A stretch of DNA of 64,000 bases, from positions 1 to 64,000 of the forward strand of contig CBDESZ010000006.1 in assembly GCA_965242725.1 (NCBI GenBank), written 5' to 3'. Source of the DNA: Alkalispirochaeta sp. GTDB taxonomy: Bacteria > Spirochaetota > Spirochaetia > DSM-27196 > Alkalispirochaetaceae. A model generated the notes under the pieces. The model searched no databases. It was not told the origin of the DNA and was given only the letters and a program-made list of their open reading frames with translations. The position numbers and the translations under genes are program-made. Shown here piece after piece: positions 8,449-18,700 of this stretch (position 1 is its first letter; each line of letters begins with the position of its first letter).

Positions 8449-10440
8449 TCATGCCGGTTGCAGTTCTTCTCGCTTGACCCGCAGGAGTTTGGCGTTGATC
8501 GCGACGATCACCGTTGAGAGGGACATGAGAATGGCGCCCACTTCCGGCGAGAGCATAAAGCCGGTGCTGTACAGTACGCCCGCCGCCAGCGGAATTGCCA
8601 CGACGTTGTACGCCGTCGCCCAGATGAGGTTTTGTACCATCTTGTTGTACGTTGCCCGTCCAAAGAGTATAAGCGCCGTGATATCCAGCGGATTGGAATT
8701 GACCAGAATGATATCCGCCGTGGCGGCGGCCACATCGGTACCAGATCCCACGGCGATACCGATTTGCGCCTGGGCCAGGGCCGGCGAATCGTTGACGCCG
8801 TCACCGGTCATCGCGACATACTCACCCTTGTTCTGCAGCTCCTTTACCTTTTCCTGTTTCTGGTCGGGCAGGACTTCCGCAAAATGGCCGTCCATGCCCA
8901 GCTCATCGGCCACGGCCTTTGCCGTCTCCTCGTTGTCCCCGGTGAGCATCCAGCACTTGATACCGCGCCGGTGCAGCTCCTCGATCGCCTTGTACGATTC
9001 CGGGCGGATCGTATCCGAGAGAGATATGGAGCCGGCAACCGTATCGTTTACCAGGACAAATACGCGGGTAACGCCGCCGGCGTGATCCGCGCCCTCGGGC
9101 ACGGCAATTTCCTTTTCGTGGAGGTAGCCGGGACTGACCACCATTACCGTCTTGTTGTCCACACTTCCGCTGACCCCGCGTCCCTTTATTGCTTCAAAGT
9201 CGGAGGCTGACGGAATAGAAATCTCATCGGTCCGTGCCTTGTGAATAATGCTTTTTCCGATGGGGTGTTCCGACGTGCTTTCCAGCGCTGACGCGAGTGA
9301 AAGTACGTCATCCTGCGTGTATTGGTCATCGTGGACGTCGATGCTGTTTACTTCAAACGTACCTTTGGTCAGTGTTCCGGTTTTGTCAAAGAGGACGGTG
9401 GTGATCTTACGGGCGTTTTCAAATGCGGTGCGATTACGTATAAGCAGTCCGTTTTGTGCCGACTTGGCCGTCGATTGCGCGACAACCAATGGTATAGCCA
9501 GCCCGAGGGCGTGCGGACAGGTAATGATCATGACCGTTGCCATCCTGGCGATGGAAAACTGCAGATTCTGCCCCAGAATGAGCCACGTTACCAGAGTCGT
9601 CACCCCGACGGTGAGTGCAACTATGGTAAGCCAGAAAGCCGCTCGGTCGGACAACGCCTGGGTACGCGACTTTGCCGCCTGCGCTTCTCGGACCATGGTA
9701 ATGACCTTGGATAGGTATGACTCGTCGCCGGCTCCCTCGACGCGGAGTTCCAGCGAACCGTCGCCGTTTATCGATCCCCCGATAAGGCGGTCACCCGTTT
9801 CCCGCCGCACGGGCCGCGACTCACCGGTCAGCATGGACTCGTCGATATAGCTGGAACCGGAGACGACCTCGCCGTCGGACGGTATTTTTTCGCCCGGCTT
9901 AATGACGAGCGTGTCGCCGTTCTTGATCTCGGAGAGGGGCACATCCTCGCTGCCGTTGTCGGTCTTGCGATGCGCCTCGCTCGGCATGAGCTGGGCAAGC
10001 TTCTCGAGGGCTGATGAGGCGCTCAATATGGACGCCATCTCTATCCAGTGACCGGCCAGCATGATGGCGATGAGCGTAGCCAGCTCCCAATAGAAGGGTG
10101 CCCCTTCCAGTCCAAAGGTGACCGCAGCGCTGTATACGTACGCGACGGTTATCGCGAGGCCGATGAGCGTCATCATCCCAGGGTTTTTTTGTTTCAATTC
10201 GTCCACGAGACCCGTCAGAAACGGCCAGCCGCCGTAGAAAAATATGGCGGTCGCCAACGCAAAGACGATGTAATCTCCTCCCGGGATGGAAAAGGAGAAA
10301 CCAAAGAAACTCTGAATGAGGTCCGAGAGGGCGAGCACCGGTACGGTCAGCACCAATGTGATGTAAAAGCGGGTCTTGAAGTCCCTGATCATCATCCGGT
10401 GGTGTTCATTGTGGTCGTGATGGTCGTGTGTGTTGTCCAT
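8449..10440 (-). CDS. copB: Copper-translocating P1B-3 ATPase
   Basis: His-rich N-terminus, TGES, CPHALGLA, DKTGT, GDGVND, YN...MSLS. Confidence 0.93.
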   Translation of the reverse strand: MDNTHDHHDHNEHHRMMIRDFKTRFYITLVLTVPVLALSDLIQSFFGFSFSIPGGDYIVFALATAIFFYGGWPFLTGLVDELKQKNPGMMTLIGLAITVAYVYSAAVTFGLEGAPFYWELATLIAIMLAGHWIEMASILSASSALEKLAQLMPSEAHRKTDNGSEDVPLSEIKNGDTLVIKPGEKIPSDGEVVSGSSYIDESMLTGESRPVRRETGDRLIGGSINGDGSLELRVEGAGDESYLSKVITMVREAQAAKSRTQALSDRAAFWLTIVALTVGVTTLVTWLILGQNLQFSIARMATVMIITCPHALGLAIPLVVAQSTAKSAQNGLLIRNRTAFENARKITTVLFDKTGTLTKGTFEVNSIDVHDDQYTQDDVLSLASALESTSEHPIGKSIIHKARTDEISIPSASDFEAIKGRGVSGSVDNKTVMVVSPGYLHEKEIAVPEGADHAGGVTRVFVLVNDTVAGSISLSDTIRPESYKAIEELHRRGIKCWMLTGDNEETAKAVADELGMDGHFAEVLPDQKQEKVKELQNKGEYVAMTGDGVNDSPALAQAQIGIAVGSGTDVAAATADIILVNSNPLDITALILFGRATYNKMVQNLIWATAYNVVAIPLAAGVLYSTGFMLSPEVGAILMSLSTVIVAINAKLLRVKREELQPA

Positions 10441-10555
10441 GTAAAATTAGATAATAATGTTCTGCTGCAGCGTCTCGGCGGCAATATTGGAAACGATTGT
10501 ATTACATGCGTTGATCTACCATGAGGGACTCCGTACTATGAGTAAGGAGGCATCC

Positions 10556-11272
10556 GTGTCCGAGAAGAAATTCCGTGTTCTCTTAGTCGATGACGAACCG
10601 GGTATCGTAAAAACACTCAGGGCCTACCTCGAAGCGGACGGGTATGAGGTGCACGCCGTCAGTGATGGTGATTCCGTCATGGCCGCGACACAATCGTTTG
10701 CACCGGAGGTCATTATCCTTGACGTGATGCTGCCCGGAATCGACGGTATCGAGGTGTTGCGGCGAATCAGACAGGATTCATCCGTCTACGTACTCATGCT
10801 CAGTGCACGCAGTGACGAGTCGGATCGGCTCGTAGGCCTGCGGATGGGCGCGGATGACTATGTGGTCAAGCCGTTCAGTCCCCGGGAGGTTGTAGCGCGG
10901 GTTGCCACGTTACTCCGTTGCCGCCGACCCGACGAGGGTACCAGTCGGGACGAGGCAGACGGCGGGGCATTACGATTCGCCCGCCTCGTGATTGACCCGG
11001 GCAGCCGCCGCGTGTGGAAAGACGGAAATGAGGTCGATCTGACACCCACGGAATTTGACCTCCTTCATCTGTTGGCCTCAAACCGGGGTCGCGTGTTGAG
11101 CCGCGACCAGCTCATCGACTGTGCATGGGGAGACGACTATTTTATTGACGAACGGGTGGTGGACGTCCACATCAGGCGGCTTAGACAAAAAATAGAAGAT
11201 GATCCCGCCACGTCGCATCTGATCGTGACGGTCCGGGGCGCGGGGTATCGTTTTGAAGGGGAAAAGGCATGA
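10556..11272 (+). CDS. OmpR-family response regulator
   Basis: VDDE, ILDVMLP and KPF receiver motifs plus winged helix (VDVHIRRLRQKIE...TVRGAGY). GTG start chosen for its AAGGAGG RBS; ATG 10538 is an alternative. Confidence 0.93.
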   Translation: MSEKKFRVLLVDDEPGIVKTLRAYLEADGYEVHAVSDGDSVMAATQSFAPEVIILDVMLPGIDGIEVLRRIRQDSSVYVLMLSARSDESDRLVGLRMGADDYVVKPFSPREVVARVATLLRCRRPDEGTSRDEADGGALRFARLVIDPGSRRVWKDGNEVDLTPTEFDLLHLLASNRGRVLSRDQLIDCAWGDDYFIDERVVDVHIRRLRQKIEDDPATSHLIVTVRGAGYRFEGEKA

Positions 11273-12393
11273 CAGAGCCGCGTCGATTCCGCTTTACCCT
11301 GACGTGGAAATTGTTTTTGTCGCATCTCATCGTTGTCATTGCCGCCGGCATAGTACTTATAGCCGTCGCATACTTGAGAGTTCCCACTGCCCTGCAGTCC
11401 CACGTCGTCAGGATGCAGTCTATCGTCGGCGCAAATCAGGGACTGGACGAGGACTTGCGCCGCAGTTTCGTCGCAGCCCAGGGTCAGATACTCGTCGTGG
11501 CCGGTATGGCCGCACTCGTCGCCACCATCCTGGTCAGTACCTTTGTAGCGTGGCGGGTAGTTGGCCCGATCAGAAGACTCACCGCCGCAAGCAGGCGTAT
11601 CGCCGCCGGGGATTATCGCGAACGTGTTTCGGTGAGTTGGAACGACGAACTGGCGGAACTCGCCCGTTCATTTAACAGTATGGCGGCAGCTCTTGATGAG
11701 ACGGAACAGCGCAGAATGGAATTGATCGGCAATCTCGCCCATGAATTGAAGACCCCGCTCACGACCATTCGCAGCGTCATGGAGGGCTTGATCGACAACG
11801 TTCTGCCGGCGGACACGGAGACCTTCTTAGACGTCCAGCGTGAGACACTACGCCTGCAGCGGCTGACGGAAGAACTCCAGGAACTGTCCGCCGCCGAGGC
11901 GGGGGAACTCGCACTGAGGTTGAGCGCTGTGGATCCCGGAGCGCTTGTCCGTCAGGCCACGGGCCGACTCGAGCCCCAGTTTCGCGATAAGGACGTCCGG
12001 CTGCATGTCGAAATCCCCGATCACCTCCCCAAAATCCATGCGGACGGTGAACGGATGCTGCAGGTCCTGATCAACCTTCTGGGAAACGCGTTGCAGTATA
12101 CCCAATCCGGCGGTTCGGTGGTGATAACATGTCGCCCATCCGGTGAGGGTTTTGTCGAATTCTCCGTTGCGGATTCGGGTATCGGATTGTCCTCGGACGA
12201 TTTACCCCGCATCTTTGAACGGTTTTACCGTGTGGACAAATCCCGGGCGCGATCACGCGGCGGAAGCGGCATCGGACTGACCATCGCATCCCATATCGTC
12301 CGTGCCCACGGCGGTACTATTCATGCTGCAAGCGACGGTCCCGGTATGGGCAGCCGCTTTTTCTTTTTCCTGCCCGCCGTAACGTATTCGTAA
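11269..12393 (+). CDS. HAMP sensor histidine kinase
   Basis: Two TM segments, HAMP, AHELKTPL H-box, N/G1/F/G2 boxes. Confidence 0.93.
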   Translation: MTEPRRFRFTLTWKLFLSHLIVVIAAGIVLIAVAYLRVPTALQSHVVRMQSIVGANQGLDEDLRRSFVAAQGQILVVAGMAALVATILVSTFVAWRVVGPIRRLTAASRRIAAGDYRERVSVSWNDELAELARSFNSMAAALDETEQRRMELIGNLAHELKTPLTTIRSVMEGLIDNVLPADTETFLDVQRETLRLQRLTEELQELSAAEAGELALRLSAVDPGALVRQATGRLEPQFRDKDVRLHVEIPDHLPKIHADGERMLQVLINLLGNALQYTQSGGSVVITCRPSGEGFVEFSVADSGIGLSSDDLPRIFERFYRVDKSRARSRGGSGIGLTIASHIVRAHGGTIHAASDGPGMGSRFFFFLPAVTYS

Positions 12394-12450
12394 TAATTAC
12401 GTCACTTCTCCGTCATATCCATAAGGTAGTCTCTCGTCAGGAAGTAACGA

Positions 12451-12606
12451 ATGTTTTGGATTGGATTATGCCTGCTGGTAATTACCGCGGCCGTCGGGGC
12501 GATCGCATTGCTCTTTCCGGCGGAACCGTCGGGACGGCGAGAAGAAACACGGAGGAGGGAATATGGACGGGACAACAATTACCGAGATGATGGTCGTGGA
12601 ACTTGA
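12451..12606 (+). CDS. Putative 51-aa single-pass membrane peptide
   Basis: MFWIGLCLLVITAAVGAIALLFPAEPS... with AGGAAG upstream. Below the ORF-track size cutoff. Confidence 0.4.
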   Translation: MFWIGLCLLVITAAVGAIALLFPAEPSGRREETRRREYGRDNNYRDDGRGT

Positions 12607-12916
12607 ATCGACGGATACTCCCGATCAGGCAACGATAGCGAAACTCCGCAACGGATCGGGTATCGAAGAGATGACCGTTAATGACAATCGAATCGATGTG
12701 GAGTATCAGCCCTATGTGGTGAGTCGGGAGGGCGTTTTGAACCGTATGGAACATGTGGGACTCCACATACGTCGTGATGATGAGGAACGGGAACCGGAGA
12801 ATCGTCGGGGTCTGTTCCGCCGGTTTATAGATCGTATTGCCGCGGATAACCAGCGGTCACTGGGAACGGGACGCCTGGACTGCTGTGACCTCAACCGGGG
12901 AAATAGACCTCAATAG
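12563..12916 (+). CDS. HMA-like domain fused to an LDCC-motif putative metal-binding tail
   Basis: Ferredoxin-like pattern without CxxC, then FRRFIDRIAADN...GRLDCCDLN. Strong GGAGG RBS. Confidence 0.65.
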   Translation: MDGTTITEMMVVELESTDTPDQATIAKLRNGSGIEEMTVNDNRIDVEYQPYVVSREGVLNRMEHVGLHIRRDDEEREPENRRGLFRRFIDRIAADNQRSLGTGRLDCCDLNRGNRPQ

Positions 12917-12932
12917 ATAATGGAGAAATAGT

Positions 12933-13463
12933 ATGAATAATTCGAAGACAGGAAGAGCAGGTATTGTAGTATTGCTCGGAATTGCGCTACTGGTCGGTCT
13001 GGCATTTACCGCCACGGCTGACGTTGACAGACACGATGGGACCATTGAAGAGGTGCTGGCCGATATCCGCAGCCGCCTCGGTCTGGATAATGGAGATCGG
13101 ATTATCGCCGACCAGGTTCCGGAGGATCAGCTGGAGCGCCTCGGCGACGCAGTCATGAGCGAGATTCATCCTGACGCCGATGTACACAGCTGGATGGACG
13201 AAATGATGGGTGGCGAAGGATCGGAAAGCCTGGCGTCCGCTCATCGCTGGATGGGGTATCAATACCTCGCAGACGGATCTTCCGACTACACCGGATCCGG
13301 CCGGGGCCGCGGTATGATGGGTGGCATGATGGGATTCGGCATGATGGGAGGCAATGCATTTCTCTCTCCCCGGGACATCGCGGAACGTCGGTATGCAGCG
13401 GGCGAGATAACACGTGATGAGTACCGACAGTTGCTTGAAGACCTTTCCCGGTCCGAACAATAG
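12933..13463 (+). CDS. Secreted Met/His-rich protein with a C-terminal SHOCT domain
   Basis: Signal peptide; HSWMDEMMGG...GMMGGMMGFGMMGG; RRYAAGEITRDEY. Confidence 0.7.
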   Translation: MNNSKTGRAGIVVLLGIALLVGLAFTATADVDRHDGTIEEVLADIRSRLGLDNGDRIIADQVPEDQLERLGDAVMSEIHPDADVHSWMDEMMGGEGSESLASAHRWMGYQYLADGSSDYTGSGRGRGMMGGMMGFGMMGGNAFLSPRDIAERRYAAGEITRDEYRQLLEDLSRSEQ

Positions 13464-13505
13464 ACGGCCGGGACGACGACCACATCAATAGGTAGAGAAC
13501 GCGAT

Positions 13506-13898
13506 ATGCCGCCGGTACGGTTTTTCCTAAGATTATTACGGCCGGCGGACTTTGTTGTGGTATTAATCGCGGCGGTAATCATCAGTGGCGTGAGCTACGT
13601 CGCGTACGGCGGTGCCGCATCCGGCGGGACCGCCCGGATACGAAGCGATGATACCACGTGGCTCTATCCGTTGGATCGCGAGCGGGTCGTCGTCCCCCTT
13701 GAAGAGTCAGGAACGTGCGAAATCACCATCACCAACGGCACCGTCGCAGTGACTGCCTCAGATTGTCCGCAACAGATCTGTATTTCCATGGGTGCGATCT
13801 CCCGTCCCAGTCAATGGATTGCCTGTCTCCCCCATGGCGTGTTTATTGACGTAGTAGGTGTCGATCCCGATCCGGACGTTGATGCATATGCGTTTTAA
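13506..13898 (+). CDS. NusG domain II-containing (DUF1312-like) membrane protein
   Basis: N-terminal TM, SDCPQQIC...IACLPHGVFI. Confidence 0.85.
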   Translation: MPPVRFFLRLLRPADFVVVLIAAVIISGVSYVAYGGAASGGTARIRSDDTTWLYPLDRERVVVPLEESGTCEITITNGTVAVTASDCPQQICISMGAISRPSQWIACLPHGVFIDVVGVDPDPDVDAYAF

Positions 13899-13916
13899 AA
13901 GGAGTCATACGTAGTT

Positions 13917-14540
13917 ATGAAAGGTCACAATGGAAGAAAGATCGTCTTGTCTGTCGGGCTGCCGATGGCAGTTGTGTTTTTGGGGTTTTTGGTATGGGGC
14001 CGCATCTCCGACGGTGAGTCGGTAAATATCGGCAGCACCGGTCCGCTGTACGATCTGGAAGATCAAAAAACGTGGCCGGCGATACGGAATAAACTCCGGA
14101 CGGCCACGATCGAAGACGCTCTTGCCCTGGCAAATCGTCTGAGGACGGACGACCCGACCATAAATACCACATTGACGGCGGAACATGTCGAGTTCAGCTT
14201 CCCCGACGGTCGACGAGTCGGTGTTCCGATTGGTCCTTCCGAGATGATCGTCTCCATTGCACCATATCGCACGCGAACCCATCCATGCGCAATTCACAGT
14301 ATTTCCGGATGTCAGGGCGAGATTACGAATCGTCCGTTTGAGGTGACCGTTTACGACTCCGACGGCGAGCTGATTTTCACCGATACCGTGACAACGGGCG
14401 ACAACGGTTTTTTTGAAATCTTCCTGCCGAAGGATCGTGAACTCCGCGTTTCCATCGACAGCAATCTCGGTCGGGCGGAGAGAGTGATCGGCACGTCCGC
14501 CGATGACCCAACGTGCATAACCGATATGCAGTTGCTCTAG
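13917..14540 (+). CDS. cueP: CueP-family periplasmic copper-binding protein
   Basis: VSIAPYRTRTHPCAIHSISGCQGE...NGFFEIFLP...PTCITDMQL. Confidence 0.85.
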   Translation: MKGHNGRKIVLSVGLPMAVVFLGFLVWGRISDGESVNIGSTGPLYDLEDQKTWPAIRNKLRTATIEDALALANRLRTDDPTINTTLTAEHVEFSFPDGRRVGVPIGPSEMIVSIAPYRTRTHPCAIHSISGCQGEITNRPFEVTVYDSDGELIFTDTVTTGDNGFFEIFLPKDRELRVSIDSNLGRAERVIGTSADDPTCITDMQLL

Positions 14541-14568
14541 TCCCGATTTCCAGTGGCGAGAATGATAT

Positions 14569-15903
14569 ATGGCACATTTGACATTCAAAAAAGGCGTTCA
14601 TCCGCCTTCAAATAAATCATTCACGGAACATCGTTCGATCGAGCGGATACCCGTTCCGGAAACGTTGTTAGTACCGCTGTCGCAACATCTCGGTGTACCG
14701 GCGAATCCAGTCGTACAAAAAGGCGACCATGTCGCTGTCGGCGATCTGCTTGGTGAAGCACCGCGACTCATATCGGCACGCATCCATTCTCCCGCGGCGG
14801 GGGTGGTGAAGCGGATAGTCGACCAGCCCCTTCCCGGCGGTAATCTTGCCCAGTATGTGGAGATCACCGTCGACCGGGAAGCTACCGAACGGCATACTTT
14901 TCCCGGTAACGACGTCGATCCTGCTTCTGTCAGCCGGGAGCAACTTCTGGAGATTATCAGAGCGGCCGGTGTAGTGGGCATGGGCGGCGCAACATTCCCG
15001 ACCGACGTAAAGTTCTCCCCGACAAAGGATAAATCGTTGGACGTGCTCGTAGTAAACGGCGCCGAATGTGAGCCATACTTGACCTGCGATCATCGCGTTA
15101 TGGTTGAAGAAACCGAAGCACTCATGAGAGGGTGTCGGGCGCTCCACAACGCGTACCGGTTTGAGGCGATTTATATCGCGATCGAGGCAAACAAGCCTGA
15201 CGCAATCAAAGCGTTTGAAGACCTGATTGCAGTGTACTCGGACCTGCCGATAAAAGTCGTTTCACTGTCGACCAAATACCCGCAAGGTGCGGAGAAAATG
15301 CTTGTTCGAACGGTCACTGGACGGGTTATACCGACTGGGAAATTACCGTTGGACGTCGGTGCCGTGGTGTGTAATGTTCAAACACTGTTTGCGATATACG
15401 AGGCGTACTTCTTCCGTAAGCCGGTCATTGAGCGGGTATTGACCGTTTCCGGCGCCGGAATCGACAGGCCCAAGAATATCCGGGCGTTGGTTGGCACGCC
15501 TCTGGAACTGCTGGTCGAACACTGCGGCGGAATTACCGGACCGGTAAATAAAGTTGTTGCTGGAGGTCCGATGACGGGTACATCCCTTCCAACGCTGGAC
15601 TATTCGGTGTCAAAGGGCAGTTCGGGTTTCCTGTTTCTGACTAATGCCGATGTTGAGACGGAGAATCCGTGTATCCGGTGCAGTCGTTGTGTATCGGTCT
15701 GTCCCATGAACCTTATGCCGCTGAAACTTGCGGCATATTCTCGTGCCGGGCGTTATTCTGAATTGAAACGACTGGCCGTCAATTCCTGTTTCGAATGCGG
15801 ATCCTGCTCATTCGTCTGTCCGGCAAAAATCAATATCGTCGCGTATGTCCGACACGCAAAAAAATATATTCGTCTTCATAATGCCCGGGAGAACAAGCGA
15901 TGA
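14569..15903 (+). CDS. rnfC: Rnf/Rsx electron transport complex subunit C
   Basis: GVVGMGGATFPT, NGAECEPYLTCD, two CxxCxxCxxxCP clusters. Confidence 0.95.
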   Translation: MAHLTFKKGVHPPSNKSFTEHRSIERIPVPETLLVPLSQHLGVPANPVVQKGDHVAVGDLLGEAPRLISARIHSPAAGVVKRIVDQPLPGGNLAQYVEITVDREATERHTFPGNDVDPASVSREQLLEIIRAAGVVGMGGATFPTDVKFSPTKDKSLDVLVVNGAECEPYLTCDHRVMVEETEALMRGCRALHNAYRFEAIYIAIEANKPDAIKAFEDLIAVYSDLPIKVVSLSTKYPQGAEKMLVRTVTGRVIPTGKLPLDVGAVVCNVQTLFAIYEAYFFRKPVIERVLTVSGAGIDRPKNIRALVGTPLELLVEHCGGITGPVNKVVAGGPMTGTSLPTLDYSVSKGSSGFLFLTNADVETENPCIRCSRCVSVCPMNLMPLKLAAYSRAGRYSELKRLAVNSCFECGSCSFVCPAKINIVAYVRHAKKYIRLHNARENKR

Positions 15904-16895
15904 GCGCCAAAGCCGGGGGATTTGTGTTGACGTCGTCCCCCCACATTTTCAGTAAGACGTCCAACGCGAAAATCATGGTAACGGTGATGGCTGCGCTCTT
16001 ACCTGCCGTAGTCATGTCCGTGGCATATTATGGAATTCGCGTCGTTTTTTTGTATGTGTTGTCCGTTACCGTTGCCATGGCGACGGAAGCGGTCACCAAA
16101 ATATTCCGAAGGCAGGACTGGCGGTCGATTCTTGACGGCAGTGCAGCTCTCACCGGCGTACTTCTGGTTATGACACTGCCGCCGGCGATTTCTCCGCTAT
16201 TGGTGGCGTTGGCTTCCGGGTTTGCCATATTCATCGGCAAGGAAGTGTTTGGCGGGCTTGGGGCAAACATTTTTAATCCGGCACTTGTCGGCCGGGCGTT
16301 TCTGTCGGCTGCATATCCGGTCGCGATGACACGTTTTTCTGCGCCACGCCCGTTGTTCGCATTTCTCGGCCGGTCTGCGGATACGGTTTCGCAGGCTACC
16401 CCGCTTGCCGCAGCGCGATTTGAGGGTGTGACGACGCCGTGGATGGATCTGTTTCTGGGGCAGGTCGGCGGAAGCATCGGCGAGACCAGTGCGGTGGCGT
16501 TGATAATTGGCGGGGTGGTTCTCATGTGGCTCAAGATTGTCAATTGGCGGTTGGTTGGCTCGTATCTCGGGACGGTCTTCTTGCTGGCCGGGATCGCTCA
16601 CCTGATGGGCCCTAATCAGTATCCGACGGCACTGTTTCACCTGTTTTCCGGTGGTCTCATGCTGGCGGCGTTCTTTATGATAACCGATATGGTGACGAGC
16701 CCGGTCACAAACCTTGGAGTAATCATATTGGGCATCGGGGCCGGATTGATCGTGGTGTTGATACGGTTGTTCGGCGCCTTTCCTGAAGGCGTGATGTATT
16801 CGATATTGCTTATGAATGCCGCGACGCCGATTATTAACCGTTACACCGATACGCGACCGTTCGGTGCGGTACGGCAGGAAGGACGGCGAGTATGA
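15900..16895 (+). CDS. rnfD: Rnf subunit D
   Basis: SSPH, KEVFGGLGANIFNPALVGRAFL, FMN site SQATPL, GSIGETS. Confidence 0.95.
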   Translation: MSAKAGGFVLTSSPHIFSKTSNAKIMVTVMAALLPAVVMSVAYYGIRVVFLYVLSVTVAMATEAVTKIFRRQDWRSILDGSAALTGVLLVMTLPPAISPLLVALASGFAIFIGKEVFGGLGANIFNPALVGRAFLSAAYPVAMTRFSAPRPLFAFLGRSADTVSQATPLAAARFEGVTTPWMDLFLGQVGGSIGETSAVALIIGGVVLMWLKIVNWRLVGSYLGTVFLLAGIAHLMGPNQYPTALFHLFSGGLMLAAFFMITDMVTSPVTNLGVIILGIGAGLIVVLIRLFGAFPEGVMYSILLMNAATPIINRYTDTRPFGAVRQEGRRV

Positions 16896-17464
16896 AACAA
16901 ATGGTCGCCGTATTGGTTATCGTCACACTGGTTTCCGGCATAGTGCTCGCGACGGTATACACCAGCCTCATTCCGAAGATCCGCGAAAACCAGCGGCTGG
17001 CAACGGAGCGATCGCTCGGTGCGCTATTTTCCGAAGAGCGTAATCCGGAATTCGAGCAGGTGACGGCTGAAGGCACCACCATATACCGTGCCCATTCCGG
17101 CGACGGTGACCTTCTTGGGTATGCGGTACGGGTCGTTACCACCGGATATGGCGGGGAAATCCAGTTACTGGTGGGAATTTCGCCCGATAACGAGTCTGTA
17201 TTGGGGATTCAGGTCGTTGAACATATCGAAACGCCGGGTCTCGGCGGACGAATTACGGAACCGGCATTCAGCGAACAATTTGAGGGACTCGACGCTACGA
17301 GGGAAATCGAGTACGTGAAAAACGCTGAACCGGACAAAGCTGCAAACGAAATAGCGGCGATTTCCGGCGCTACCATATCCAGTAGCGCCGTAGTTTCAGG
17401 TATGAACGACGCGCTTGATGGTATTCTTCAAAATCTTCCCGAAGCCGGAGAGGAAACACCATGA
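16892..17464 (+). CDS. rnfG: Rnf subunit G
   Basis: GYGGEI, ETPGLG, FMN site ISGATISS. Confidence 0.93.
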   Translation: MKQMVAVLVIVTLVSGIVLATVYTSLIPKIRENQRLATERSLGALFSEERNPEFEQVTAEGTTIYRAHSGDGDLLGYAVRVVTTGYGGEIQLLVGISPDNESVLGIQVVEHIETPGLGGRITEPAFSEQFEGLDATREIEYVKNAEPDKAANEIAAISGATISSSAVVSGMNDALDGILQNLPEAGEETP

Positions 17465-18087
17465 CACGGAACCCAAGTATCCTGTCGCATTTTTCCAAGG
17501 GGCTCATTAAGAACAATCCGGTATTTGTTCAGGTACTCGGGATGTGCCCGACCCTCGCGGTAACGACCTCGGTGGCTAACGGTATCGGCATGGGCCTTGC
17601 AACCACTTTCGTCGTGGTGATGGCAGCGGCGGTTGCATCGACTATCGATCGCTTTGTTCCAAATCAGGTTCGCATTCCCGTTTATGCCGTCATTATCGCG
17701 ACATTTGTCACGATCGCCGACTTGTATATGCAGGCGTATTTTCCTCCGCTTCGTACGGCACTGGGGCCGTACGTCCCGCTCATCGTTGTGAATTGTATGA
17801 TCATGGGGCGTATAGAAGCCTTTGCCACCCGTAATGCCTTTGTTCCGTCTCTCGCAGACGCTGCGGGGATGGGTGTCGGTTTCACCGGGGCGCTTATGCT
17901 CCTCGGCGGCGTCCGGGAGCTGCTTGGCAACGGCACGCTTGCAGGCTTCGTGATACTCGGAGGCTGGTATCGTCCTATGCTGATCATGGTGTTACCGGCC
18001 GGGGCGTTCTTTGCTCTAGCAATTCTTATGGCGGTATTTAACCGATTACAGCAGGGTGGCGAACTTGTATTGAGAAGGGCGGCTTGA
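17461..18087 (+). CDS. rnfE: Rnf subunit E
   Basis: NNPVFVQVLGMCPTLAVTTS, PLIVVNC, RELLGNG. Confidence 0.95.
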   Translation: MTRNPSILSHFSKGLIKNNPVFVQVLGMCPTLAVTTSVANGIGMGLATTFVVVMAAAVASTIDRFVPNQVRIPVYAVIIATFVTIADLYMQAYFPPLRTALGPYVPLIVVNCMIMGRIEAFATRNAFVPSLADAAGMGVGFTGALMLLGGVRELLGNGTLAGFVILGGWYRPMLIMVLPAGAFFALAILMAVFNRLQQGGELVLRRAA

Positions 18088-18091
18088 TCAC

Positions 18092-18670
18092 ATGGAATAC
18101 ATTGCAATACTGATCGTGACGGTTCTTGTAAACAATTTTGTCCTGTACTACTTCCTGGGCATCTGTCCTTTAATCGGTGTTTCCAAGAAACTGGATGCGG
18201 CGCTCTCGATGGGAATAGCGGTGACGTTTGTCATGACCTTGACCGCGGCGGCGACGTGGCTCATCCACCGGCTTGTTCTGGGACCATTTGGCCTGCCTTT
18301 TCTGGAGTATGTGTCGTATATCCTCGTCATTGCGTCGCTCGTACAACTGTTGGAAATGTTTATCAAGAAGGCGATTCCCACTCTCTATAAGACGCTTGGA
18401 ATCTTCCTGCCCTTGATTACGACCAACTGCGCAATTCTGTTTGTGGCACTGTTTCAGGCGATGCGGGACTACGGGTTTCTGGAAGCGGTGTTATTCGGGT
18501 TCGGGTCTGGCGTCGGGTTTACGCTGGTAATTGTATTAATGGCGGGTATTAGAGAACAACTGGAACTATCCGATATTCCGAAGCCTTTCCGGGGCGCACC
18601 GGTAACACTGGTCGTTGCCGGCATTCTCGCCCTTGCGTTCATGGGTTTTACCGGCCTCGCGTCGGCGTAA
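18092..18670 (+). CDS. rnfA: Rnf subunit A
   Basis: VNNFVL..FLGICP, LPLITTNCA, AGIREQL. Confidence 0.95.
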   Translation: MEYIAILIVTVLVNNFVLYYFLGICPLIGVSKKLDAALSMGIAVTFVMTLTAAATWLIHRLVLGPFGLPFLEYVSYILVIASLVQLLEMFIKKAIPTLYKTLGIFLPLITTNCAILFVALFQAMRDYGFLEAVLFGFGSGVGFTLVIVLMAGIREQLELSDIPKPFRGAPVTLVVAGILALAFMGFTGLASA

Positions 18671-18700
18671 CTGCATACGTCCACTCAAGAGGAGAAGTAA

